DNA from: an uncultured Hyphomicrobiales bacterium
Lineage (GTDB): Bacteria; Bacteroidota; Ignavibacteria; Kapaibacteriales; UBA2268
Assembly: GCA_964610885.1 (NCBI GenBank)
Contig: CAZSWR010000003.1
Span: 29,770 to 93,769 of the forward strand
Length of the DNA stretch: 64,000 nucleotides
Reading direction: 5' to 3'
Shown here: positions 35,371 to 45,170 of the stretch, in pieces
Layout: each line of letters begins with the position of its first letter
Position numbering within the stretch: the stretch's first letter is position 1
Position numbers and translations under genes: made by a program
The notes under the pieces: model-generated
Told to the model about the DNA's origin: nothing
Databases searched by the model: none
The model's input: the letters and a program-made list of their open reading frames with translations, nothing else

Positions 35371-36306
35371 ATGAGCAAAGAGAAATTTATGGATTCCCGC
35401 TTCGGGCAATACTTCTTTATCGCCATCGGTTCCGCGATCATGGCGTTGGGAATCGGCGTATTCATGGTCGATGCAAAAGTGGTCCCTGGAGGGGTTAGCG
35501 GCCTCTCGATTGCCGTGCACTACCTGACTGGCGGAAATCTGCCCGTCGGTATGCTGATGTGGGTAATGAACATACCTCTATATATATGGGGATTGAAAGA
35601 ACTCGGTAAGACTTTTGGAGTTCGGACATTCTATGCGTTCACACTCAACTCGGTCTTTATCGATTTGTTCCGTGGCGACATCCCCGGGTTTAGATTCATC
35701 AGGCTTCAGGACATGACCGCAGTTCAGGAATTGCTACAGCACGATTTCTTGTTCTTCGTCCTGATCGGTGCCGTGCTGCTGGGCGTTGGCCTTGGAATCA
35801 TATTTAAATTCCGCGGTACGACCGCCGGATCGGATATTGTGGCCTCGATCATGCAGAAACGCGCCGGCTTCAAGCCCGGCCAGGCAATCATGATCATCGA
35901 CTTCTTCGTTATCACGTTCGCCGGCATCGTCATCGGCATGAACGATATTTCGCCGGAACGTTCGGCAATGACGCTGACTTTCTACGCTTTCCTTTCGTTG
36001 TACCTGTCGAGCAAAATTATCGATGTCATCATCGACGGCTTCGACTATGCCCGCGTGGCGTATATCATTAGCGAAAAAAGCGACGACATTGGCAATCTGA
36101 TCCTCCACGACATGGGCCGCGGCGCCACAGCGTACAAGACTCGTGGACTCTACACAAACCAAGACCGCGAAGTGCTCATGGTCGTCTGCTCCGTCAAGGA
36201 AGTAAGCACGCTCACGGAAGAAATCCGCGCGATCGACCCGAATGCGTTCATCATCATAAGCAACGTACACGAGGTCATGGGCAAGGGCTTCCGCCGCAGG
36301 ATATAA
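35371..36306 (+). CDS. YitT-family membrane protein (DUF2179 C-domain)
   Basis: 311 aa, multi-TM N-region (FFIAIGSAIMALGIGVFMV...) and C-terminal DUF2179-like region (NAFIIISNVHEVMGKGF). Confidence 0.75.
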   Translation: MSKEKFMDSRFGQYFFIAIGSAIMALGIGVFMVDAKVVPGGVSGLSIAVHYLTGGNLPVGMLMWVMNIPLYIWGLKELGKTFGVRTFYAFTLNSVFIDLFRGDIPGFRFIRLQDMTAVQELLQHDFLFFVLIGAVLLGVGLGIIFKFRGTTAGSDIVASIMQKRAGFKPGQAIMIIDFFVITFAGIVIGMNDISPERSAMTLTFYAFLSLYLSSKIIDVIIDGFDYARVAYIISEKSDDIGNLILHDMGRGATAYKTRGLYTNQDREVLMVVCSVKEVSTLTEEIRAIDPNAFIIISNVHEVMGKGFRRRI

Positions 36307-36330
36307 CTTTACTTATTATCTTATATAAAG

Positions 36331-36367
36331 ATGGCTACCTCTCGAGTTGGGGTGGCCATTTTTGTTT
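36331..36367 (+). terminator. rho-independent terminator after the yitT-like gene
   Basis: ATGGCTACCTC / GGGGTGGCCAT stem (with G-U pairs) and a 7-nt loop, followed by TTTTGTTT. Confidence 0.7.
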
Positions 36368-36408
36368 GGTGATTTTATGTCATAAACTATTTCAACTCGG
36401 GTGTTTTT

Positions 36409-36432
36409 GTCAATCCCGCGAATGCGGGAAGC
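36409..36432 (+). repeat. family 8 hairpin GTCAATCCCGCGAATGCGGGAAGC
   Basis: TCCCGC-GAAT-GCGGGA stem-loop. Confidence 0.7.
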
Positions 36433-36505
36433 TACTCTTTTTACTGTTAGTTACTTATTTCTCAAAGCGAATAATTATTCCTTTTTCATCAAAGAAATTA
36501 TATTA

Positions 36506-36547
36506 CACCGTTCTCCTGTCGGGAGAAGGGCCGGGGATGAGGTAATA
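36506..36547 (+). repeat. family 3 copy (5'-truncated)
   Basis: caccgttctcctgtcgggagaagggccggggatgaggtaata. Confidence 0.75.
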
Positions 36548-36569
36548 TAGCTAAAGGTCAAATTATATA

Positions 36570-36746
36570 TTACCGCACGAGCGGTTGTTCTTTTGTAGCA
36601 AATTGTTGAATTTTTGTATGTGATTTCGCGTTAGCGAATGTTTTATATAATTGGTTGAATTATACAGGGTATAATAAAACAACCGCTTGCGGTATTACTT
36701 GCAAATCAAAAATTACACCTACAATACAATAACCACTACGCGGTAT
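36570..36746 (-). repeat. family 5 copy in the opposite orientation
   Basis: The same TIRs and the same internal modules, in reverse-complement order. Confidence 0.8.
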
Positions 36747-36843
36747 CAGTTCGCAATTATTACTTTTTTGGAGGGCCACTTTAGCAGCAAACAGATTAGT
36801 TTTGGGGTAACATATATTCGAGAAGTTAATTGCATGAAGATGA

Positions 36844-36867
36844 GATTCCCGCCTTCGCGGGAATGAC
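36844..36867 (-). repeat. family 8 hairpin, inverted copy
   Basis: gattcccgccttcgcgggaatgac is the reverse complement of gtcattcccgcgaaggcgggaatc. Confidence 0.7.
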
Positions 36868-36923
36868 AAAAGCAGATATTTCAAGTTAAAACGAAAAAAC
36901 GCTTAAACAACAGAATCCCCACC

Positions 36924-37679
36924 CTACTTCTTCGAGTCGTTGCAGGGGCAGATTTCGCGGCGGGTTGCGTCGTCGATCTCGAATTCGGGGAAGGGGCGGA
37001 AGTCGCGCACTTGCTTCTTGACTCGGTCGTAGCCTTTGTTCACGCCGTCGGTATTCTTCAGCCAGTATTGGTAGGCTTCGTCGTCCGAGAACTTGCAGAA
37101 CTGCTTCAGAATCGCCGAGGAAACGTATCCCGACTGGTGCCAGCCGTTCCAGCAGTGCAGGTAGATCGGGCCTTTGTTTGGGTCTTTTATTGCATTATAG
37201 ACCAAGCGGAGGATTTTTTTCATATCTTTCGTGCTATTGCCCGAGTTCTGTATGTAATCAATTGTATCCGCCCTGTAAACCTTGCCGCCGTGTTCCTCAA
37301 GCGAAACGAGCGATTGGCTGCCTTCGAAATTAGTCGAATAGAGGTAAATGGCCGTCGAGAAGCCTTCGCTCAGCAAATTACTCACGCCGTCCTCGGGCAG
37401 CGGGTTGTGGTTGTCCCTTTTATTCGTCTTGTGGAAAGCGTTGTTGGCTCCGCCGCGGTATGCGATGCCGTAGAGGATTGTGCGCATGTTCCGAGTGCCG
37501 TAGAGCGCATCGAAGCCGTTGCCGTGGTTATCCGTGATTTTCTCGGAGAGGCACTTTGCGCCGTATTGCTTTTTGTAATGTTCGACTTTGGAGTGCAGGT
37601 CGGGGAATTGGCGAGCAAATGATGGTTGGGCGCCAAAAATAATTAGGAATGCAAGCAGTGCAATTATTGATTTCTTCAT
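36924..37679 (-). CDS. secreted Cys-based phosphatase-like (PTP/DSP-fold) protein with a variant P-loop
   Basis: 251 aa with signal peptide MKKSIIALLAFLIIFGAQPSFA. H175-C-W-N-G-W-H-Q182-S-G aligns to the HCxxGxxR(S/T)G P-loop, but with Gln in place of the Arg. Confidence 0.4.
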   Translation of the reverse strand: MKKSIIALLAFLIIFGAQPSFARQFPDLHSKVEHYKKQYGAKCLSEKITDNHGNGFDALYGTRNMRTILYGIAYRGGANNAFHKTNKRDNHNPLPEDGVSNLLSEGFSTAIYLYSTNFEGSQSLVSLEEHGGKVYRADTIDYIQNSGNSTKDMKKILRLVYNAIKDPNKGPIYLHCWNGWHQSGYVSSAILKQFCKFSDDEAYQYWLKNTDGVNKGYDRVKKQVRDFRPFPEFEIDDATRREICPCNDSKK

Positions 37680-37712
37680 AGGATTATCGGATTGAATTGG
37701 AGAAATGAAGTT

Positions 37713-38870
37713 TTACTGGGTCGGTTCGTCTGGCGTGGCCGGGTGTTGTTCGGCCATCCTAACCGTGAACGTGGAGCCGACGTCGGGTGTGCTTTCCACT
37801 GTGGCATCGCCGCCGTTCATCTGAGCGATTTTCTTCACGGTCGACAGGCCGATGCCCGAGCCGAGTATGCCGGTGGTCTTTTTGTTTTTAATTCGTACAA
37901 ATTCGCCAAACAAGCGGGCAGTTTCCTCTTTGCTCAGCCCTATGCCCGTGTCCTGCACCTGGAAAACAATTTCCGTTGCATCACGGCGGATGCGCACGTC
38001 CACTCTGCCGCCCTCGCGGTTGTATTTGACGGCGTTCGTGATCAGGTTGTTCAGCAGCATCTGCACTTCGTCGCGGTCGAAGCAGGCGACGAGATCGGGG
38101 TCGCACTCGAGGCGCATCGCGATGTTCCGTTTTTCGGCATCCGGCAGCGCGCTGTCCATGCTCATCCGGGCTTCGTCGGCCAGGCGTAGCGGCACGAATT
38201 CGCGCTTGCGGCGTCCCGATTCGATTTTCGTAAGCTCGAGAATGTCCATGATTAGTTTGTTCATCTGCTCCGAACGCACTAAGCAGCGGTCGATCATTGT
38301 GTCGTAGGCCGCAAGGTCGTCGCCCAGGGTGCGTGCCTTGATCATATTGATATAGCCCTCGACGGCGCTCAGAGGCGATTTCAGTTCGTGCCCGAGCACG
38401 GAGATGAACTGAAATCGCACCTGTTTCCTCTCCTCGTTCAGTTTCCTGACTTGCTTGGAGAGGATGAGGCTATGGGCCGCTTTGTCCACTTTGTTCTTGA
38501 GTTCTTTGGGTGTGAATGGTTTCGACAGAAAATCGAACGCACCGCTCTTTATGGCGCTGACGGCCGTATCGAGCGATGCGTAAGCTGTTATCATTATCGT
38601 TAGCATGTCGTCTTTGTTCTCGATCGTCTCGATTCTCTCGAGCAATTCCAAACCGGTCATTCCGGGCATTTTGTAATCGAGAAGCAGCAAATCCGGTACT
38701 TTGGTGTTAATCTTTTCGAGGGCTTCCTCGGCGCTTTCCGCCGTATCCACCTCGAAAATCACTTCGTCGTCGACGTCCGGGACAGATAATTTGTATCCCG
38801 AGAGAATCCTTTCGATGCCTGATCGCATTCCAGCTTCGTCATCGACGGCGAGCACCTTCATTTCGAGCAT
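37713..38870 (-). CDS. hybrid response-regulator receiver / histidine kinase
   Basis: N-terminal REC domain (KVLAVDDEAGMR...DLLLLDYKMPGMTG), HisKA H-box (VLGHELKSPLSAVEGY) and HATPase_c (NAVKYN, DTGIGL, GSGIGLS). Confidence 0.9.
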   Translation of the reverse strand: MLEMKVLAVDDEAGMRSGIERILSGYKLSVPDVDDEVIFEVDTAESAEEALEKINTKVPDLLLLDYKMPGMTGLELLERIETIENKDDMLTIMITAYASLDTAVSAIKSGAFDFLSKPFTPKELKNKVDKAAHSLILSKQVRKLNEERKQVRFQFISVLGHELKSPLSAVEGYINMIKARTLGDDLAAYDTMIDRCLVRSEQMNKLIMDILELTKIESGRRKREFVPLRLADEARMSMDSALPDAEKRNIAMRLECDPDLVACFDRDEVQMLLNNLITNAVKYNREGGRVDVRIRRDATEIVFQVQDTGIGLSKEETARLFGEFVRIKNKKTTGILGSGIGLSTVKKIAQMNGGDATVESTPDVGSTFTVRMAEQHPATPDEPTQ

Positions 38871-38871
38871 A

Positions 38872-39270
38872 TTACTTCAAATGTTTGTTTATTTCTTTCA
38901 TTAACTGTTCAAAACGAATCGGTTTGTTCAGTATTGCATCCGCTTTGATCCAGTTGCGTTCCTCTTCCTTGTCGGTAAAGAAACGGAAACCGAGTTCGTG
39001 CGTAACGCCGGTGATGATAATAACCGGCAAAAGCGGGTCAATTTTCTTGACATAATACGAAAGAGAGAAACCACCGTCTAACGATTCCATCATAAGGTCT
39101 GTGATCACCAGATCGGGTTTGTGGTCTTTAAGGATATTTTCGGCTTCTTCCTGCGACTCTGCTCTGAGCACATCGAAACCTTCTGCTTTAAGGTTAATCT
39201 CGTATTGAGTTAGCAGATCAACATCATCGTCAACAATTAAAATTGTTTTCTTTGATTCAACTGCATCCAT
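38872..39270 (-). CDS. single-domain (CheY-like) response regulator
   Basis: KKTILIVDDDVDLL...PDLVITDLMMESLDGG...K. The ATG at 39270 is preceded by GGAGG, whereas the track start is at 39309. Its stop lies 1 nt from the next gene's start. Confidence 0.85.
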   Translation of the reverse strand: MDAVESKKTILIVDDDVDLLTQYEINLKAEGFDVLRAESQEEAENILKDHKPDLVITDLMMESLDGGFSLSYYVKKIDPLLPVIIITGVTHELGFRFFTDKEEERNWIKADAILNKPIRFEQLMKEINKHLK

Positions 39271-39459
39271 TATTCCTCCGGATATATATAAATCAAAATC
39301 AGTTTTCAAAACCTACAAAGTTACTAAATATTTCACACAATAGCAATGCAGCACAAGTTTATTTATTGTAATATTTTTCACAGTCGCATTGCTCGGCAGT
39401 GCCCTTTGCGCTATTCATCGGCGTTTTGCGACTCCGGGGCAAGTGCGGGACCGGCTCCG

Positions 39460-41094
39460 TTACGCCACAACATCCTCGCGGACAATCGGGAGCTTGATGA
39501 CGAACGTGGTGCCTTTGTTCAATTGGCTTTCGGCCGTAATCACGCCGTCATGGGCCTCGATGATCCATTTCACGATGGAAAGCCCAAGGCCTGTGCCCTG
39601 AATCTCTTTCGAGCGAGCGCGGTCCACGCGATAGAAACGGTCGAATATGTACGGCAATTGCTCCTCGGGGATGCCTATGCCTGTATCGGAAACGCGCACG
39701 AACGCAAAGTTTTCGTCGCGCTTCAGCGAAACCGTGATGCTCCTGCCGTGCGGCGAGTACTTGATTGCGTTGTCGATGACGTTAAGGAAGGCCTGGTGCA
39801 GCCTCGACGGGTCGCAATCGACAATGACGTCGCGGTCGATGTCTGTATTCACCTCGATGTCTTTGGCGGAGGCAAGGATTTCGGCATCTTCGGAAATATC
39901 GGCGAGCAATTTCGAGATATTGCTCTTGGTACTGGTCATTTTGACCTGGCCGGCGTCCGCGCGCGACAGCTCGAGCAGCGTTTCCACTACGTTCGAGAGG
40001 CGCACCACTTCCTCGAGGGCGCTGGCGATCACTAATTCGTATTCAGAAATTGTTTTCTTCGAGTTCAGGGCGATTTCCAGCTCGCCACGCAGAATCGTCA
40101 GCGGCGTCCGCAGTTCGTGCGAGGCGTCCGACGTGAATTGCTTGATCTGCGAAAACGAAGCGTCGAGCCTTTCGATCATGTTGTTGATCGTTTTCGTCAG
40201 ATGCCCGATTTCGTCGTTTGTGTTCGGTTCTTTCAGCCGCCGGCTCAGGTTCCGGGCGGTGATCTCCTGCGCGAGCCGCGAAATCTCTTCAACTGGCCGC
40301 AGCGAGAACTTGGAGAGGAACAGCCCGCCGAGCGTTGAAATTGCGAGTAGCAGGGGCAATCCGACCACGAAGATCGAGAAGAGTTGGTTGAGAGTGCTCT
40401 GTATGTCCACGAGCGAATACCCGACAGAAATAATTGCATTTTCCGTCCGCTTCACCAGAAGCCGCACCTGCTGGCCCTGCACTTGGATGTTGAGGTAAAC
40501 CGAATCGGGCGCCTTGCCGGTGGGTTGTTTCTTGGACGAAAAGAATCTATCGAAAACGGACCTGCTCGCCTCGGGCAGCGAATCCTTTGCGGCAAGGATG
40601 AAAATGTTGTCCGGGATGCCGAGCGAATCGAATTGCAAATTCTTCGAACGCCAGATGATTTTCTGGTCAGTATCGGCAATTTGAATGAAATAATTCCTCG
40701 GGTTCAGCAGTATGTGTTCGTAAACGGCGGACCAAACGATGTCTTTTTCTTCCTTGCGGGCCATCGAATCGGGCGCAGGGCGCAGCGGCCCGACAAATTC
40801 GCGGAGGTTGCTTTTCCTGAAGAGCGAGAATTTGTCGCCGATTTTTTCTTTTTTCAATTGTTTGCGCTCTGTCGAAATCTTGTCCGCCTCGGACTGGCTA
40901 TCTTTAATGATGTCGTCCAAGGAATTGGCTACCTTCACCAGCGATGCGTCCAAATTGGAATGAAGTTCGTTTTCGGCCAAATAGTACGTGAATATACCGA
41001 AAGCCAGAAGCGAAAATGCTACTATTGCAGTGTACCAAAATGCTAACCTGACTCTGATAGGTGCCTTCATCAATTCATTTCCATTTTTAGGCAA
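39460..41094 (-). CDS. membrane sensor histidine kinase (two TM segments, HAMP, HisKA, HATPase_c)
   Basis: 544 aa with H-box SDASHELRTPLTILRGE, N-box NVIDNAIKYS, and G-boxes SDTGIGIP and GTGLGLSIV. Confidence 0.9.
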   Translation of the reverse strand: MPKNGNELMKAPIRVRLAFWYTAIVAFSLLAFGIFTYYLAENELHSNLDASLVKVANSLDDIIKDSQSEADKISTERKQLKKEKIGDKFSLFRKSNLREFVGPLRPAPDSMARKEEKDIVWSAVYEHILLNPRNYFIQIADTDQKIIWRSKNLQFDSLGIPDNIFILAAKDSLPEASRSVFDRFFSSKKQPTGKAPDSVYLNIQVQGQQVRLLVKRTENAIISVGYSLVDIQSTLNQLFSIFVVGLPLLLAISTLGGLFLSKFSLRPVEEISRLAQEITARNLSRRLKEPNTNDEIGHLTKTINNMIERLDASFSQIKQFTSDASHELRTPLTILRGELEIALNSKKTISEYELVIASALEEVVRLSNVVETLLELSRADAGQVKMTSTKSNISKLLADISEDAEILASAKDIEVNTDIDRDVIVDCDPSRLHQAFLNVIDNAIKYSPHGRSITVSLKRDENFAFVRVSDTGIGIPEEQLPYIFDRFYRVDRARSKEIQGTGLGLSIVKWIIEAHDGVITAESQLNKGTTFVIKLPIVREDVVA

Positions 41095-41284
41095 TACATC
41101 TCAGGCCAAATTTAAATAATGAACTGCTCGGAAACAAATCTTTTTCTGCCAATATGCATATATGAATGTTTTCCAACTACTTAGCATTCCATGTTATTTA
41201 AAATATTCATCAAATAATAATTGAATTTTAAGAAATAATTAATTATCTTGTAATGTTGGTTTGGTTTAACTTGAAAATATTAAA

Positions 41285-42034
41285 ATGAAAAAGTTCATTA
41301 TATTTACTATTATTATACTGTCGGGCCTTGCGAATTTGCTCGCTCAGGACTCGTCGAAGGGGTTGGTCGAGATTCGCCAGATCGCCGAAAATGTGTACGT
41401 ACACGTCTCCGAGCAAGACGTCGATGGGAATCTTTATTCGTCCAACGGCCTTTTGGTGCGCACTTCCGAAGGTTTCGTGCTGCTCGATACGCCGTGGAAC
41501 GACGAGCAGACCGAGTTCTTGCTTGGGAAAATCGAATCTGAATTCGGTTCTCGGATTGTATATGCAATAATCACTCACTCGCACGACGACCGCATCGGCG
41601 GCATTCGCACACTGCTCAAGCACGACATTACGGCGGTGTCCTCCGCCATGACAGCGCAATTCGCCACAAAGGCCGGATTCCCGTCGCCCAAAATCCTCGA
41701 CAAAACCGACACGACGATTCGCATTGGCGACAACAGTTTCGAGGTTTTCTATCCCGGGCCGGGGCATTCGCGGGATAATATCACCGTATTCGTAAAGAAC
41801 TCGAATATACTTTTTGCCGGCTGTTTCCTCAAATCGCTCGCTTCGAATACAATCGGCAACGTGGAGGACGCAGACGTCAGCGCGTGGCCTGCCTCGGTGG
41901 CCAAGCTCGCGGCAAAGTATCCGAAACCCGCGATAATCGTACCCGGACACGGACCTGAGGGCAACTCATCGATATACAGCCACACCACGAAAATTATCGA
42001 AAACTACACAAAGTCCCAGAACAAGAAAAAATAG
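41285..42034 (+). CDS. subclass B1-like metallo-beta-lactamase
   Basis: 249 aa with a signal peptide. HSHDDRIGG (H116/H118/D120 equivalents), GPGHSRDN (H196), LFAGCFLKS (C221) and VPGHGPEG (H263) are all present in B1 order. Confidence 0.8.
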   Translation: MKKFIIFTIIILSGLANLLAQDSSKGLVEIRQIAENVYVHVSEQDVDGNLYSSNGLLVRTSEGFVLLDTPWNDEQTEFLLGKIESEFGSRIVYAIITHSHDDRIGGIRTLLKHDITAVSSAMTAQFATKAGFPSPKILDKTDTTIRIGDNSFEVFYPGPGHSRDNITVFVKNSNILFAGCFLKSLASNTIGNVEDADVSAWPASVAKLAAKYPKPAIIVPGHGPEGNSSIYSHTTKIIENYTKSQNKKK

Positions 42035-42169
42035 CACAGATTTTGCGGCAACAAAAAAATGACAATTTCGTCATAATTATGATATTCTTTCTTGCAGAAT
42101 AGAAAGAATTAGTTATTTTTGTATGCGTTTTTTTGAAACAATTTACGAACAATATAGAAGATTCAATAG

Positions 42170-42871
42170 ATGGATGGAATGTTCAAACTCTCAATAATAA
42201 TAATCCTGAGCTACGTCATCGGGTCGATTCCGACAGCTGTCATCATCAGCAAGAAGTTTTTCGGATTCGACATCCGCAAGCAAGGCTCCGGCAATATGGG
42301 CAGCACTAATGCCTTCCGCGTTCTCGGTTGGAAATGGGGCCTCGCCGTGCAAGTAATCGACATCCTTAAGGGCATCGCCGCTGTTTTGGGAATTGGTGCG
42401 CTTATGGGCGACGGTATCACTTTCGGCAGCCAAACAATGTTCGAACACATTACAATCGTGAAATTCATCGCGGGCTTGGCAGCGGTTTGTGGCCATATAT
42501 GGTCTGTATTCGTCGGCTTCCGCGGCGGCAAGGGCATCAACACCACAGCCGGAATGCTTATCGGGCTTTTCCCTGTGGACATAGGCATTGCCTTCGGCAT
42601 CTTCATTCTGGCGGTAATTTTCTCGGGCTATATTTCGCTCGGGTCGATCGCCGGCGCGATTGCATTCCCGTTCTCGATGTTTTTCAGGTACAATATCCTG
42701 AACGACAACATTCCCGAATACGGCACATTGATATACTTCGCGCTCGGGCTTACTGTGCTTCTCGTCTTCACGCACCGCACAAATATCCAAAGGCTAATCA
42801 AGGGCACCGAGAACCGATTTTCGAATCTGCAACTGATAAAATGCCGACTGCGAAAAAGCCCAAGCAATTAG
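42170..42871 (+). CDS. plsY: glycerol-3-phosphate acyltransferase PlsY
   Basis: YVIGSIPTAVIISK, GSGNMGSTNAFRVLG and HIWSVFVGFRGGKG. Confidence 0.9.
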   Translation: MDGMFKLSIIIILSYVIGSIPTAVIISKKFFGFDIRKQGSGNMGSTNAFRVLGWKWGLAVQVIDILKGIAAVLGIGALMGDGITFGSQTMFEHITIVKFIAGLAAVCGHIWSVFVGFRGGKGINTTAGMLIGLFPVDIGIAFGIFILAVIFSGYISLGSIAGAIAFPFSMFFRYNILNDNIPEYGTLIYFALGLTVLLVFTHRTNIQRLIKGTENRFSNLQLIKCRLRKSPSN

Positions 42872-42891
42872 CAACAAGCAAAGAGAAAACG

Positions 42892-42919
42892 AAACCCGCC
42901 CTCAGAAGCGGGTTTTTTT
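42892..42919 (+). terminator. rho-independent terminator of plsY
   Basis: AAACCCGC / GCGGGTTT stem with an 8-nt loop, followed by TTTTT. Confidence 0.8.
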
Positions 42920-42920
42920 A

Positions 42921-43167
42921 TATGATGTGCAGATGTGAAGATTCGCTCTCGCACAAGCAAATGTTGTAGGGGCATGGCTAAATATATATTTGCTCTCCAT
43001 TGTTCTCTCCCGTCTCCCGTTGCTCCGCCTCGCGAGACGGGGTTATTCATATTCAACCCCATCGGGGTTGGTTTTATATCGCAGCATAGTTTCCCCACAA
43101 ACGAATCACACTAATCAAACGAATCATATTAATCACACTTCAGACAATCACCACATCATCACATCAA
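42921..43167 (+). repeat. family 7 copy with different internal hairpins
   Basis: Left arm is tatgatgtgcagatgtgaagattcgctctcg...aaatgttgtaggggcatgg. Internal hairpins are cccgtctc..gagacggg and caaccccatcggggttg. Right arm is aatcacactaatcaaacgaatcat...catcatcacatc. Confidence 0.7.
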
Positions 43168-43386
43168 CTCCGAAGTAGTTGAACATGAGTAGTGGAAAAA
43201 AAATTTTCCACCAATGTAATTTTTGTTGATAATTCATTTCAAGAAAAGTTTAAATTTGTATTCAAGGATGGGGGACAAAAAGAAGAATACTGACTATCTA
43301 TAGAATATAATAATTGAATTCGCAAATTTTATTCAAAAGCATTCATAAGTGCTTATGATGTATTAATATACTTATTTTTAAATGCT

Positions 43387-43974
43387 ATGAAAAAAGTAAG
43401 TCTAAGACCGGGAACATTCCTGTATCCGATGCCGCTCGTGGTGGTCGGATCGGTGGTCGATGGTATGTGCAACTACATGCCCGTCAGCTACTGCGGAATC
43501 GTTCAACACAAGCCACCGATGATATCAATAACATTGGGCAGGAACCGCTACACGAACCGCGGGATCAAAAAGAACCAAGCTTTCAGCGTCAATATTCCGT
43601 CTGTCGAAATGATTAATGCTGTTGACTTCTGCGGTATGTACTCCGGCGCGCACGTGGACAAAAGCGAAGTGTTCGACAGCTACTTCGGCCGCTTGGGCAA
43701 TGCCCCGATGATCGCATCCAGCCCGCTCTCGATGGAGTGCGAATTGGTGCAAGTAGTGGATTTTGGCGGGACGAACGAAATATTCATCGGCGAAATCGTC
43801 GAGGTCTATTCCGAAAAGAAATACCTCACAAACGGCCTGCCAGACATCGAAAAGATTCAGCCGGTGGCATTTTCAATGCACGACAACCGCTATTGGTCGC
43901 TTGGCGAACACATCGGAGACGCCTGGAATTGCGGGCACAATTATGCGCTACAGGTGGCCGAGTATGAAGCATAG
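43387..43974 (+). CDS. flavin reductase-like (FMN-binding split-barrel) protein
   Basis: 195 aa: FLYPMPLVVVGS...KPPMISITLGRNRYTNRGIKKNQAFSVNIP. Confidence 0.75.
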   Translation: MKKVSLRPGTFLYPMPLVVVGSVVDGMCNYMPVSYCGIVQHKPPMISITLGRNRYTNRGIKKNQAFSVNIPSVEMINAVDFCGMYSGAHVDKSEVFDSYFGRLGNAPMIASSPLSMECELVQVVDFGGTNEIFIGEIVEVYSEKKYLTNGLPDIEKIQPVAFSMHDNRYWSLGEHIGDAWNCGHNYALQVAEYEA

Positions 43975-44782
43975 CTACTCTGCTCCAGAATTTTTCGATG
44001 AATTGCCTCTTTGGTCTGCGCCCTTCGGGATCGCGCTGCTGGAGGCTGTCGATTATCGCTCGAACACGGTTGCGCTGGACCTCTGCTCCGGGACCGGCTT
44101 CCCCGCACTGGAATTGGCCACCCGTTTGGGCCGGAATTCGCGCGTATTTGCTCTCGATAATTGGCCCGAAGCCTGCCAAAGGCTAAGAAATAAAATTGAA
44201 TATTTCGGCTTGGAAAATATCGAAGTGGCCGAAGCCACTGCCGAAGAGCTGCCATTCGCCAACGACACATTCGATTTGATTACGTCGAACAATGGCATCA
44301 ACAACGTGGCGGACCCCGAACGCGCGCTGCGAGAGTGTTTCCGCTGCTCGCGGCTGATGGCCCAGCTACTGATCACGGTCAACCTGCCGGACACATTTTC
44401 GCTTTTCTACGACGTTCTCCGCTCGGTGCTCAGGAATTCGGGTATGATGAAGGAGGCCGCCGCAATCGATGCGCACATCCGGGACAAGCGAAAACCGCTG
44501 GAATTCACGACAGCGCTCGCCGAGCGATGCGGTTTCAAAATAATTGAGGCAAAACGCTTCGAATGGCGAATGTACTTCTCGACGAGCGAAGCTTTTTTTC
44601 GCCATCCACTCATAGCCACTTCGTTCGCACCGGCCTGGGAGGAATGCATTCCAGAGGACAAACGGGATGATCTGTTTCGCAACGTATCGGCAAAAATGGA
44701 CGACTACGCAATAGCTCGCGGACGGCTCAGCATGGACGTGCCATACGCGCTAATCGAAGCCAGAAAGAATAATTCGAGATAA
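43964..44782 (+). CDS. class I SAM-dependent methyltransferase
   Basis: The ATG at 43964 overlaps the flavin reductase stop by 11 nt. Motif I is VALDLCSGTGFPALELA; also DLITSNNGINNV. The track ORF start at 43763 is an upstream extension. Confidence 0.8.
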   Translation: MKHSYSAPEFFDELPLWSAPFGIALLEAVDYRSNTVALDLCSGTGFPALELATRLGRNSRVFALDNWPEACQRLRNKIEYFGLENIEVAEATAEELPFANDTFDLITSNNGINNVADPERALRECFRCSRLMAQLLITVNLPDTFSLFYDVLRSVLRNSGMMKEAAAIDAHIRDKRKPLEFTTALAERCGFKIIEAKRFEWRMYFSTSEAFFRHPLIATSFAPAWEECIPEDKRDDLFRNVSAKMDDYAIARGRLSMDVPYALIEARKNNSR

Positions 44783-44890
44783 GATTTTTATTCGAAAAAA
44801 CAGCTTTAACAAATATACGTACAATGTCTTTATCTGAGTGTGTCGAAATTGTATTCCTTGGGCAGTGGGGCTTGCCCCACTGTGGTAGAT

Positions 44891-44938
44891 CAACAAATCC
44901 CCCAACCCCCTGTTCCAAAGCAGGGCTAAAGAAAATGG
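44891..44938 (+). repeat. family 4 copy
   Basis: caacaaatcccccaaccccctgttccaaagcagggctaaagaaaatgg. Confidence 0.8.
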
Positions 44939-45170
44939 CTCTATGATGTTTTGTATGGTTAACAAAGCACTTGATACAGAACGTTTCCAAAGGTTAATGC
45001 CACTGAATCTTGATCTATTCTCATAACGTATTTTTTGAAACCTTCGGAAGGGTTAGAAAAATGCAATCTTTAGCAGATTTCTCTACTGTTGTGCATTTGC
45101 ACGGCGTGCCCTACCCTTACAATATTCATTTATATGCTCCACAATAGGACCAAAGGATGAGCGCGGCTGG

